Origin: Actinomycetes bacterium
GTDB lineage: Bacteria; Actinomycetota; Thermoleophilia; BMS3ABIN01
DNA length: 64,000 nt
Direction: 5' to 3'
NCBI GenBank assembly: GCA_021785935.1
Contig: JAJYOG010000001.1
Coordinates: 128,743-192,742, forward strand
Program-made: the position numbers and the translations under genes
In this document: positions 1 to 8,657 of the stretch, one piece after another
How positions within the stretch are numbered: position 1 is the stretch's first letter
Layout: every line of letters begins with the position of its first letter
Notes under the pieces: generated by a model
Seen by the model: only the letters and a program-made list of their open reading frames with translations
What the model was told of the DNA's origin: nothing
Databases searched by the model: none

Positions 1-16
1 AGGGCCGCCCTTTACG

Positions 17-241
17 ATGCAAACAAATATCCCAAAAAACTACTTCTATCTCATCATCGTCTGGAGCATCGTCTGCGCCTCGGGGCTGGGAATTTTCCTG
101 TTTCAGGCCCTTGGGCCCGCCCTGCCGGATGAACCGGCCTACACCGGCACTGCTCTGGCGATTACCGTGATCTTCTGGATTATTGTCTGGGCTTTGCCAT
201 CGGCCATCCTCTTTTTCAGGGGCCGGCGGGAGAAGGGGTAA
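17..241 (+). CDS. small hydrophobic two-helix protein, unknown function
   Basis: 74-aa ORF with two long hydrophobic segments (YLIIVWSIVCASGLGIFLF; ALAITVIFWIIVWALPSAILFF). Its TAA (239-241) is in the same reading frame as the next ORF. Confidence 0.4.
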   Translation: MQTNIPKNYFYLIIVWSIVCASGLGIFLFQALGPALPDEPAYTGTALAITVIFWIIVWALPSAILFFRGRREKG

Positions 242-310
242 ATACTGTCTGACTTTCTTCAAAACCACCAGAAACTGGCGACGGTCGCTGTTATTCTCAT
301 TGCCGTTGCT

Positions 311-826
311 GTGGTGGTTTTTCTGGCGCTAATTTCCGGAGGCAATGTGCCTCCATCCGCAAGTGTAACCACCTCGCAGCCCGTCGTTGCGCACGGCCAG
401 TCCGGCGCTACAACCCTGGGTGGAAATGCCGCCAGAGAGCAGTACGGGGTGCGGCAGGTGGATTATCAACAAATTCTGGGCCCCGATCTAGCCGATGGCC
501 GGTCGCTGGATGCGCCGATCTATTTCGACGCCAATGGCGATGGCGTCGACGAGGCGCTCCTGGTCGCGCATGGCACAGGTGACATCCGTCCGGCCGACTG
601 GTTTTTATTCGGAGAAAAAAACGGGAACGTGGTAAAGATATTCGAGCATACCGCCGTCGCGCACGGTGAGATTTCCCTGCAGGGTTCGACTGTCATCGAG
701 AAAGAGGGCATATTTGGCTCTGGCGATGCCGATTGCTGTCCCTCAAGCACGAAACGAACCGAGTATGTTTGGAGGGACGGGAGTTTAGTGGTGTCGCGTA
801 TCGAGGTCTTACCGGCTGCTTCCTGA
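311..826 (+). CDS. exported or membrane-anchored protein, LppP/LprE-like domain suspected
   Basis: 171-aa ORF from GTG. The frame stays open back to 242 and encodes a hydrophobic anchor (LATVAVILIAVAVVVFLALI), so the true start is probably upstream or non-canonical. The C-terminal pattern GDGVDEALLV...DADCCPSS...YVWRDG recalls actinobacterial LppP/LprE lipoproteins (from memory, unverified). Confidence 0.5.
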   Translation: MVVFLALISGGNVPPSASVTTSQPVVAHGQSGATTLGGNAAREQYGVRQVDYQQILGPDLADGRSLDAPIYFDANGDGVDEALLVAHGTGDIRPADWFLFGEKNGNVVKIFEHTAVAHGEISLQGSTVIEKEGIFGSGDADCCPSSTKRTEYVWRDGSLVVSRIEVLPAAS

Positions 827-828
827 TA

Positions 829-1026
829 CTACTGCTGGCCGCGGATCAGTTTCAAGGCGGCCAACCGCTCACGTAACAGACGCTCGTGGCCGACTTCCAT
901 ATGAGCCAGCTGCTCGAAAAGAGACCTGGTTTCCGGATCTTCAGCCGCCTCGGTGCCCTGACGGTATTTCTCCTGGGCCCGGCGCTCGTCTTCTATAGCC
1001 TCTTCCATCAGTTTGATCACGTCCAA
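829..1026 (-). CDS. 65-aa half-ferritin / rubrerythrin-like helix-hairpin protein
   Basis: TTG start 9 nt after GGAGG. EEAIEDERRAQEKY plus HMEVGHERLL gives one E...ExxH di-iron half-site on two predicted helices. Lies 18 nt downstream of the preceding gene. Confidence 0.55.
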   Translation of the reverse strand: MDVIKLMEEAIEDERRAQEKYRQGTEAAEDPETRSLFEQLAHMEVGHERLLRERLAALKLIRGQQ

Positions 1027-1044
1027 GATTTCCGCCTCCGTATC

Positions 1045-2490
1045 CTATTGATATGCTATTGATAGCATAACCATCGCTGCCAGTGATAAAACCAGCGTCG
1101 CCACTGACAGCCAAAGACCCTTGCTCTTCCAGGTTTGATTCTGCAGAGTCAGAGCAAGAAAGTGGGTTCCCACTGCCGCCGCTCCTGAAAAGCTCCCAAC
1201 CACCACAAGTCTCAAAAGGGGTGCCATATGCTCCACGAGGTCGGTGCCCACTATCCCCTCCCAGGACTTCAGAACATAGTAAAAAACCAGTACAAATTCA
1301 ACGAACCCGGCAGCGACCTGAAGCGCCAGCCGCTCTTGTTGCAATACCAGGCTGCTGGAAAGGATTTCCTGGCTCTGCCGCTGGATGGCGGCCTCCTCAC
1401 CGGCGCGCATGATTTCCACCTGGGTTCGCACGACTTCGATGGCCGCCTGGGCGCTCTGGCGCGAGAAGTCCAGGTCGCGGCTTTCGCTGTGCGCTTCCGC
1501 CAGATCGAGGCTGAAGCGCCGGCTGTAATAGGCGCCGATCTCGTCTCTTTGGCCCGGGCTGCCGATTCTCTCAAACTCGCGGTCGAGGGATTTAAGATCT
1601 CGCGACATGCTGTCGGATGATCGTCTGACCAGTAGGGAATCAGTCGCTAACAAGCCGAACATGCGCGACAGGTTCGCGATCTGTTCTTCAAGTGTTGCCG
1701 TTCCGGCGCTCCCGCTTGCATCGCTGATGATTTTACGGTGCAGCAATGCTCCCACTTCACGGTCCACATCACCGCGCTCACTGGCGATCGTCAGCCGCTG
1801 CTCCTCGAAGTAATGCGCCGTCCGGCTTAATTTCTTGATCAGCGAATCAAGCCGGGGCAGCCCGGTCGCGGCGAACGACTCGGCGTCCATGCCGGAAACC
1901 GCATAATAGTCCCGGTTGTTTTTGGTCATGTCGGGGAAATGGACGAGCATCGCCGGTTCGCCTCCAGCGACGCCCGGATTCAACGGCGTGGACAAGATCC
2001 GGTCGCTTTGGCCGCCGACTGCGGCAGCAATGTCCGACACATCAGCGCCGTCCGGTGCGATGAGGGCAGTCGTTTCTCCAAACACCGCGGACACCTCCGT
2101 AAAAAGCTGTGTACGATTGCGCTCCAGGGTCTCGAGTGCTTCGTGCCACGCCGCATACATGTCCTCGTGCTGTTTCCGGTAAGCGACCTCAACTACAGCC
2201 ATTTCCGGGAGCATGCTGAGACAGAAGCCGGTTTCGCCTATGTCGACTCGCTGGACGAGCTGGCACTGGCCGCTGACTTCATCGGGGGCGGCGGTCAGGT
2301 CCAGTGCGGGAAAAATTTCTTCGGATGCCAGAAAAGAAGATGTCGCGTTGGTGTCTGGCGAGGGAGCAAGGCTGCCTTCAACGCTGGCACCTCCGGTAAG
2401 CGCCGACCAGAGCTGCAAAAGGTCTTCTTCGTCGCTTTTCAGCAGAAAATAATAATGTATCACTGTCAATGTCGGATTCCCGTTGGGCAT
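1045..2490 (-). CDS. C-terminally membrane-anchored coiled-coil protein, unknown function
   Basis: 481-aa ATG ORF with a soluble N-terminal half and a long charged helical middle (RDLKSLDREFERIG...). Two C-terminal hydrophobic helices (FVEFVLVFYYVLKSW; LWLSVATLVLSLAAMVMLSIAY). The layout resembles DUF3422-type proteins, but I recognised no diagnostic motif. Confidence 0.6.
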   Translation of the reverse strand: MPNGNPTLTVIHYYFLLKSDEEDLLQLWSALTGGASVEGSLAPSPDTNATSSFLASEEIFPALDLTAAPDEVSGQCQLVQRVDIGETGFCLSMLPEMAVVEVAYRKQHEDMYAAWHEALETLERNRTQLFTEVSAVFGETTALIAPDGADVSDIAAAVGGQSDRILSTPLNPGVAGGEPAMLVHFPDMTKNNRDYYAVSGMDAESFAATGLPRLDSLIKKLSRTAHYFEEQRLTIASERGDVDREVGALLHRKIISDASGSAGTATLEEQIANLSRMFGLLATDSLLVRRSSDSMSRDLKSLDREFERIGSPGQRDEIGAYYSRRFSLDLAEAHSESRDLDFSRQSAQAAIEVVRTQVEIMRAGEEAAIQRQSQEILSSSLVLQQERLALQVAAGFVEFVLVFYYVLKSWEGIVGTDLVEHMAPLLRLVVVGSFSGAAAVGTHFLALTLQNQTWKSKGLWLSVATLVLSLAAMVMLSIAYQ

Positions 2491-2561
2491 CGCGCGTCTT
2501 CCTGATTGGTAGCCAAGATAGTTGAGGGTATTCTATGGTTATACCCGCTTCGACGCCAGGA

Positions 2562-3698
2562 CTATAGCAGAGAGAGTTGGGCGCCTCGCCATTCAGAGGG
2601 ACGCCTGCCGTTTAAGAGGATGAAAGGGCCGGCTCGCCCGGTAATGGCGCCGGTCGCCCGCAGGTCGTCAAGTGATCGCAGCTTGCCAGCTTTCCTCGCT
2701 TTTAGAATCCGTGCGGCGGCGACCGGGCCCAGCCCGGGGACGCGCAGCAGCCGGTCGCGCGCCGCCTCGTTAATTTCCACAGGGAAAAAACCGGGATTCT
2801 CCTCTGCCCAGGCACGTTTTGGATCCGTGTCCAGCGGCAGGTTCCCGGCCTCGTTGAGGACGATTTCATCCGCTTTGAAGCCGTATTTGCGTAGCAGGAA
2901 ATCTGTCTGATAAAGCCTGTGCTCACGGACGAACGAAGACGGCGGCTGGCCTGACAATGGCGTCTCCGGAACCGGCTGAAAGGCGCTGTAATAAATTCGG
3001 GAAAGCCCGAGCTTACGGTAAAGCTCACCGGCCAGACGAACAAACTCCGCATCGGTTTCTTCCCCGGCGCCGACGACAAACTGTGTAGTCTGGCCCTTGC
3101 ATCTGCCGGCATGGTTGTCGATCAGGTTCTGGATCCATTCGATACGCGTAAATAGGTCGGACTCGAAATTCTTTTGCGGGGAAATCATTCGCAGCCGTTC
3201 CGGCGTTGGCGCTTCAAGATTTACCGACAGGCGGTTAGCCAAAACCGCCGCCCGCTCCACCTGTTCCCTGTCCGCGCCCGGCAACACCTTGAGATGTACC
3301 CAACCGCGGTATCCGTACCTGAAGCGCAAAATCTCAATCGTCCGCAGGAGCTTATCCATGCTTGTCTTGACGCTGGAGTCGATTGCCGAACTCAGGAACA
3401 GGCCGGTTACATATCCCCGGCGCTGCATTTCCATGAAAGGGGCCGCGAGTTCTTCGGGACGGAATGATTGCCTGGTGAAATTGCGGCCGTGTCTTTGGGG
3501 GCAATAGGCACAGCCGCGCGTACAGGAATTCGAGAGCAGGACTTTCAGCATGCGTATTGATTGACCGTTAGGAAGTGTTGAGGGATAGATCCAGCGGCCT
3601 AAAGGGCCCCGCACACGATGGCCTTCCATGCCGCAGGCGCAGGCAAGGTCATACCGGGCTCCGGCGGTAAGAACATCTAGCTTATCGGCAACGTGCAT
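2562..3698 (-). CDS. putative DNA modification/repair radical SAM protein (HhH-containing family)
   Basis: CTRGCAYCPQ is a CxxxCxxC radical-SAM motif. N-terminal KLDVLTAGARYDLAC and C-terminal helix-hairpin-helix LLRVPGLGPVAAARILKARKAG. Start placed at ATG 3698 rather than the ORF-track start 3803. Confidence 0.8.
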   Translation of the reverse strand: MHVADKLDVLTAGARYDLACACGMEGHRVRGPLGRWIYPSTLPNGQSIRMLKVLLSNSCTRGCAYCPQRHGRNFTRQSFRPEELAAPFMEMQRRGYVTGLFLSSAIDSSVKTSMDKLLRTIEILRFRYGYRGWVHLKVLPGADREQVERAAVLANRLSVNLEAPTPERLRMISPQKNFESDLFTRIEWIQNLIDNHAGRCKGQTTQFVVGAGEETDAEFVRLAGELYRKLGLSRIYYSAFQPVPETPLSGQPPSSFVREHRLYQTDFLLRKYGFKADEIVLNEAGNLPLDTDPKRAWAEENPGFFPVEINEAARDRLLRVPGLGPVAAARILKARKAGKLRSLDDLRATGAITGRAGPFILLNGRRPSEWRGAQLSLL

Positions 3699-3834
3699 AT
3701 TGCTGTCGGCCTTCTTGTTGCCGGGCGGCTGCCGGTCTCCGGAAAGTACCAACCAATTCTCGCGCCAGGAGACAGACGAGAGGCAGGGGCGAGATACATA
3801 CAACTATAATAAAAATCCATTCCAGCGTGCTCAT
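3682..3834 (-). CDS. small hydrophobic leader protein (50 aa), hypothetical
   Basis: ATG at 3834 preceded by TAAAGGAG at about 8 nt. N-terminal TM-like MSTLEWIFIIVVCISPLPLVCLL followed by a basic tail. Overlaps the radical SAM start by 17 nt. Confidence 0.35.
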   Translation of the reverse strand: MSTLEWIFIIVVCISPLPLVCLLARELVGTFRRPAAARQQEGRQQYARCR

Positions 3835-3850
3835 TTCTGAAACTCCTTTA

Positions 3851-3904
3851 CCGCGATTAACGCCCGCGTCAAACTTCGCGGGCAACCGCTCCGGTTAATC
3901 GCGG
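3851..3904 (-). promoter_or_regulatory. nested inverted repeat (11-bp outer stem, 7-bp inner stem) directly upstream of an RBS
   Basis: ccgcgattaac (3851-3861) pairs with gttaatcgcgg (3894-3904). Inner gcccgcg (3862-3868) pairs with cgcgggc (3877-3883). Lies in the divergent intergenic region; there is no U-tract. Confidence 0.4.
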
Positions 3905-4014
3905 GATATTTATCCTGGCGATCACCTTGTCTGGCGAAGACAGCCTAGCAGGGCGTTCGGACGGAAAGGCTCGCCATTCTTCGGGCGGATGGTTAGAGAA
4001 AGGCTGGAAAGCAG

Positions 4015-4590
4015 ATGATGGCTCGGTTAGGATTTGGAGCCGTGAAGACTAAACTTCTTCGAATATCGTCTTTCAACGATCTGAACGAGGCCTGGGCTCC
4101 GGAAAAGCTTGACATTTTTCTTAAGGGGCTGGCGAAAACGACCGCCGCTACTTTCGGCATTGAGGCACAATGGAGTGGACGGCCGCCGCCGCCTGCCTTC
4201 AGCTATGATCGCCGGCGCAGGCAATATGCAGCTTCAGGACTGTTGGCAGGGCTGGCGGCAACCAACACCGGCAACACACTCACCCTGGGAGTAACCGCGG
4301 TCGATCTCTTCATCCCCAAACTCAATTTCGTCTTCGGGGTAGCTGATCGAGACATGGGGGTGGCGATAATTTCCCTGCATCGCCTGTCACCGGAATTTTA
4401 CTCTAAGGAGCAGGACCAGAATCTGTTAAAGGAGAGGGCCGCCAAGGAGGCGATTCACGAAGTGGGCCATCTCCTCGGGCTCACTCATTGCGATGATGCG
4501 TCCTGCGTCATGCATTTCTCCAACGCCATCGGGAACACAGATATCAAGGGCCCCGGCTTCTGCGTCCACTGCGCCCAGCGGCTTATCTAG
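4015..4590 (+). CDS. amzA: archaemetzincin-family zinc metalloprotease
   Basis: HEVGHLLGLTHCDDASCVMHFSN...CVHC fits the archaemetzincin signature HExxHxxGxxxCxxxxCxM...CxxC. Confidence 0.8.
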   Translation: MMARLGFGAVKTKLLRISSFNDLNEAWAPEKLDIFLKGLAKTTAATFGIEAQWSGRPPPPAFSYDRRRRQYAASGLLAGLAATNTGNTLTLGVTAVDLFIPKLNFVFGVADRDMGVAIISLHRLSPEFYSKEQDQNLLKERAAKEAIHEVGHLLGLTHCDDASCVMHFSNAIGNTDIKGPGFCVHCAQRLI

Positions 4591-5441
4591 AAGAAATTCT
4601 CCAGTTCGCTGATGACGTCACCTTGTGAGAACGGCTGCTTGACCAACGGCTCCTGATTGGCGATCTCGGGCAGGCGCTCTTCAAGGGTCGGGCGGTCCGA
4701 ACGGTAGATAATTCCGGTGGGAATGCGGTCGCCGAACTCAAGCGCCAAACGCCAGGCGGCCTCGCGGTCACTGGGATCGTGTGATACACCAACCGGATTG
4801 CATCTTTGCTTGTACCACTGAAAGGTGTTGATCTTGTTATAGGTCACGCAAGGCTGGAGGATATCGAGGAGCGAAAAACCGCGGTGTTCAAGAGCAGCCC
4901 GCATCAGCTCCTTGAGCTGTTCCTGGTTTCCGGAGAAACCCCGGGCCACGAAACCCGCATCCATGGAAACAGCCAGGGCAACCGGGTTCAAGGGTTCATA
5001 AAGAACCCCGAACGGCTGGGTTCCGGTGACCATGCCCTCATCGGTTGTCGGCGAGGCCTGGCCCTTGGTCAGTCCGTATACCTGGTTGTCATGAACAAAA
5101 ACGGTGATGTTGAGATTGCGCCGCAAGGCATGCAGAAAGTGGTTGCCGCCCTCACCGTAACAATCGCCGTCACCGGCAACCGCGAGAACCCGCATTCCAT
5201 GATTGACAAGACGGATTGCCTGTGACACTGGTAGCGTCCGGCCGTGCAGGCCGTTAAATGTATTACATTTCGTGTAGTGAGGAAACTTGCCGGCCTGACC
5301 TATTCCCGAAACAATGATGAGCTCATGCGGCTCGATGCCCATTTCCACCATGGCCATCTTGAAGCTTCGCAGGATCTGCAGGTTGCCGCATCCCGGGCAC
5401 CAGGCCGGGTTTTGGCCGCGGAAATCTTCCAGCTCAGACAT
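4587..5441 (-). CDS. korB: 2-oxoacid:ferredoxin oxidoreductase, beta (TPP-binding) subunit
   Basis: AWCPGCGN and the TPP motif VAGDGDCYGEGGNH. ATG 5441 is preceded by GGGGAG and overlaps the korA stop by 8 nt. Confidence 0.85.
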   Translation of the reverse strand: MSELEDFRGQNPAWCPGCGNLQILRSFKMAMVEMGIEPHELIIVSGIGQAGKFPHYTKCNTFNGLHGRTLPVSQAIRLVNHGMRVLAVAGDGDCYGEGGNHFLHALRRNLNITVFVHDNQVYGLTKGQASPTTDEGMVTGTQPFGVLYEPLNPVALAVSMDAGFVARGFSGNQEQLKELMRAALEHRGFSLLDILQPCVTYNKINTFQWYKQRCNPVGVSHDPSDREAAWRLALEFGDRIPTGIIYRSDRPTLEERLPEIANQEPLVKQPFSQGDVISELENFF

Positions 5442-7200
5442 CGTTTCTCCCCGCGTCACCAAGATAATCGAGCAGTTCTTCCAGCATGAAGGGACGGCCG
5501 TCGAATTTGTTCAGATGCCGGTCGAAAACAAAACCGGTTTCCGCACGCACCAGTTGCGCGAATTGCGAGGTGGCGTTGTTCTCCACGCAGACCGTGCTTT
5601 TTGCTTTGCCGAGCACTTCCAGGAAGTCAGACTTTTCCGGGTCCGGGAAGGGAAATATCTCGCTGAAGTGTAGCATGGCAATACTGCTGGAATCGCCCAT
5701 GATATCAACGGCTTCCTTGATGACGCCATAAGTCGAGCCCCATCCGACAACGACAACTTCAGGATTTTCAGCGCCGTAATAAAGTGGCGGCGAGATTTCC
5801 TCCCGGATGAGCGGCATCTTTTTTAGCAACCGCTTTTCGACCATGAGCCTCCGGGTAAGCGCATCTTCGATCAGGTGGCCCTCTTCGTCATGCTCGTCAC
5901 TATCCGTGACGACCAGGTGTCGCGAGGCGCCCGGCTCGGCAAGAGGTGAGACTCCGGAATCCGTGTAGGCGTGCCGCTTGTAACTATCAAGCTTGGCAAG
6001 ATCGCCGGCGCGAAGGCGATAGTCATGATAGGGGATCTTCTCCGCGTCGAGGCCGTCGAGAGACCACTCGCTGTCCGCCAGATACTGGTCGGAGATGATA
6101 AAGGCAGGCACCTGGTATTTTTCAGCCAGGTCAAAAGCCTTGCCTGTGAGATGGAAAGCCTGCCCGGGGCTTCCCGGAGCCATAATAATTTTGGGGAACT
6201 CCCCATGGGCAGCGTGTAATACATAAAGGAGATCGGCCTGTTCTGTGCGCGTCGGCAGGCCTGTTGCCGGCGCCGGCCTCTGCCCTACGTAGATTACGAC
6301 CGGGGTCTCGGTCATGCCCGCAAGCGATACTCCTTCGACCATCAGCGCGAAACCGCCACCCGCGGTTCCGGTCATCGATCTGACTCCCGCGTAAGAAGCG
6401 CCAATCGCCATATTGATCGCAGCGATCTCATCCTCTGCCTGTTCGACAACCAGACTATGTTTCTTGCTTTGCGCGGCCATGAAGTTAAGTATCCCGGTGG
6501 AGGGAGTCATCGGGTAGGCCGTGTAGAACCGGCAACCACTCAGAAGTGCTCCCAGGCCGACAGCGTTGGTGCCATCCAGGAGCATGCGCCCTGGGGCGCC
6601 GCCGCCCGCAGGCGTCGCCCCCGCCTCTGCCGATCTGGGCTCGGGCACCGAAAAGGCGCATTGGCTACAATTTTCACGGGCGAATTGCGCGCCGGCGCTC
6701 GCGGCGGCGATATTCTGCTCCACCACCTCATGACCCTTGCGGGCAAAGACCTCATTGAGCAGCGCTTCCAGAATTTCCAGGCTCATGCCCAGCATGCCGA
6801 GCACGGCGCCCACGGCCACGGTGTTTTCCATCAGCCGGTTGCCAGCGGTATCCATGGCGATCTGACGGGAGGGAACATCGAGAAAGTTTTCGCCTTCATA
6901 CTTTTGTCTGATCGTCTCGGAATCGTAAACGATCATGCCGCCGGCGTTAAGCTCGTCGCGGTGCTCCTCAACGGTTGTTTTATCAAGGGACACCAATATG
7001 TCAACCAGGCTCCGGGAAGAGCTGACCGGCCGGTCCGATAATCGCACCTGATAATAGTTGTGTCCACCGCGGATACGCGACATGTAATCCTGGTGAGTAA
7101 AAACGTGGAAGCCGGCGCGGGTGAAAAGCTTGGCCAGCACGGCGCCGATAGTCTGCAGCCCCTGGCCTGCCTGCCCACCTATCCTGATCGTGTAATCCAT
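5434..7200 (-). CDS. korA: 2-oxoacid:ferredoxin oxidoreductase, fused gamma-alpha subunit
   Basis: The N-terminal IRIGGQAGQGLQTIG gamma-type domain is followed by the alpha domain (YPMTPST, GASYAGVRSMTGTAGGGFALM). 588 aa, upstream of the beta subunit. Confidence 0.85.
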   Translation of the reverse strand: MDYTIRIGGQAGQGLQTIGAVLAKLFTRAGFHVFTHQDYMSRIRGGHNYYQVRLSDRPVSSSRSLVDILVSLDKTTVEEHRDELNAGGMIVYDSETIRQKYEGENFLDVPSRQIAMDTAGNRLMENTVAVGAVLGMLGMSLEILEALLNEVFARKGHEVVEQNIAAASAGAQFARENCSQCAFSVPEPRSAEAGATPAGGGAPGRMLLDGTNAVGLGALLSGCRFYTAYPMTPSTGILNFMAAQSKKHSLVVEQAEDEIAAINMAIGASYAGVRSMTGTAGGGFALMVEGVSLAGMTETPVVIYVGQRPAPATGLPTRTEQADLLYVLHAAHGEFPKIIMAPGSPGQAFHLTGKAFDLAEKYQVPAFIISDQYLADSEWSLDGLDAEKIPYHDYRLRAGDLAKLDSYKRHAYTDSGVSPLAEPGASRHLVVTDSDEHDEEGHLIEDALTRRLMVEKRLLKKMPLIREEISPPLYYGAENPEVVVVGWGSTYGVIKEAVDIMGDSSSIAMLHFSEIFPFPDPEKSDFLEVLGKAKSTVCVENNATSQFAQLVRAETGFVFDRHLNKFDGRPFMLEELLDYLGDAGRNDV

Positions 7201-7315
7201 ATCCTGTTAATTTCCTGTTATTCATATGGTTAAACAAAACCAGCCTGGATGGCCGACGGTTTTGGTGTGTACGGCGTCCGCGACGACAGCGCAACCCCGG
7301 GATTGGCCGCCGGCC

Positions 7316-7565
7316 TTAGTGGGTAGCGCAGGCAACACAAGGATCGTACGCCCGCACCATGCGTGTCGAGATTGCCGGTGAGGCGCGCCAGGCGTAGTGC
7401 CTCAGGCAAGGCTTTATGAAGCTGTTGCCGGATATCGGCCATTGAGGCAACCAGGGGAGCCCGGCTAAAGCCTCCAATGCAGGTCGTGATCGGATGCACG
7501 GCCCGGCCGCCGATGGCGTAAACAATGTCGTTTCCAAGTTTCTTGAGCGCCAGAGCCGATGACAC
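7316..7565 (-). pseudogene. [NiFe]-hydrogenase large-subunit remnant (truncated, internally deleted, frameshifted)
   Basis: One frame reads LGNDIVYAIGGRAVHPITTCIGGFSRAP. Another frame ends RMVRAYDPCVACATH*, the C-terminal DPCxxCxxH nickel-site motif. Only about 80 codons remain of an expected 400 or more. Confidence 0.7.
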
Positions 7566-7747
7566 TTCCTGGGGATGATCCCTTGATCGAGGTGACGTTA
7601 TGAACCGATGGGCAGACGCCGCAGATTCGCGAAGTGATCGAGGGAGCATCGAAGAATTTGCGGCCGCGTCTTCACGGTCGCTTTCCGGCCATGGCTGACT
7701 TCTTGCCGCCGGAGCAATATTCAAAACCGAAAGCGGCGAAACCGTGA

Positions 7748-8302
7748 TCAGGAAAAAAGTTCGCTGTAACACACGAGCGGCTCGAAAGGCAGGCTGCCCT
7801 CCCGCTCGATGTTTTCGGCGCCGCCCTCTTCGCGGTCGACGAGAGTGTAAGCGACAACCGGTTCGAGACCTTCCACTTTGGCGCTATTGACGGCGGTTAT
7901 GATGGAGCCGCCACTGGTAACCACATCGTCGACAATGGCAACCCTGGAGCCACGTTCGATCGAGCCTTCGATCCATTTACTGGTACCGTGCTTCTTGGGC
8001 TCCTTGCGAACGATGAAACCTCGCACTGGATAACCCAGCTTCCAGCTGGAAGCTACCACTCCGGCGACGATGGGGTCGGCGCCGATAGCCAGGCCGCCGA
8101 TGGCGTCAATTGAAGCCGCACGAAGCTTTTCCACAAGAAGCTCGGAAGCAACCGCCAGCCCTTCGGGATCCAGAGTAACTCGCTTGCAGTCGAAATAATG
8201 GTCGCTGCGCTTGCCGGAAGTGAGGACGAAATCCCCCTTCATATAGGCTTTCTCCAGAAGGAGCTGGCGCAGCCTTTTTAAAAGTTGGTCGGTCTCGGTC
8301 AT
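7748..8302 (-). CDS. pyrE: orotate phosphoribosyltransferase
   Basis: FVLTSGKRSDHYFDCK and the PRPP-binding loop RVAIVDDVVTSGGS. Start placed at MTETDQ (ATG 8302). Confidence 0.9.
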   Translation of the reverse strand: MTETDQLLKRLRQLLLEKAYMKGDFVLTSGKRSDHYFDCKRVTLDPEGLAVASELLVEKLRAASIDAIGGLAIGADPIVAGVVASSWKLGYPVRGFIVRKEPKKHGTSKWIEGSIERGSRVAIVDDVVTSGGSIITAVNSAKVEGLEPVVAYTLVDREEGGAENIEREGSLPFEPLVCYSELFS

Positions 8303-8315
8303 GGAGCAGATATTA

Positions 8316-8650
8316 TCACACCATTCCTTGCCAGCGGTCGAACAGTTCCTGATATTCAGGTACAAGGGAACAGAATTTTTGAAACTTGCGTATCAAGTCG
8401 GGATAAGTCCTCCCCCGCGACATTAGTTCGCTGGCCGAGCTGACGTTGGGCTCATCTGTCGGTCCTCGGCAACCGTCACAAGGCACCCCAGCAGAGGGGC
8501 AGACAACACCACAACCCCGCCCGGGTAATGGCGCCCAGACAGGGAAGGCCCTGTAGTGGCAGGCAGGGATTTTCCAATACTTTGCACTCCACATGTTGCG
8601 ACGCCGGCACTCCCCCAAATGAGGAACAACTTCCCAGCGATGCCAATATC
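8316..8650 (-). pseudogene. [NiFe]-hydrogenase small (delta) subunit remnant, N-terminally deleted and frameshifted
   Basis: ILASLGSCSSFGGVPA (GxCxxxGG small-subunit motif) in one frame at 8602-8649. GCGVVCPSAGVPCDGCRGPTDE (distal cluster cysteines) in another frame at 8316-8516. Confidence 0.6.
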
Positions 8651-8657
8651 CTGGAAC

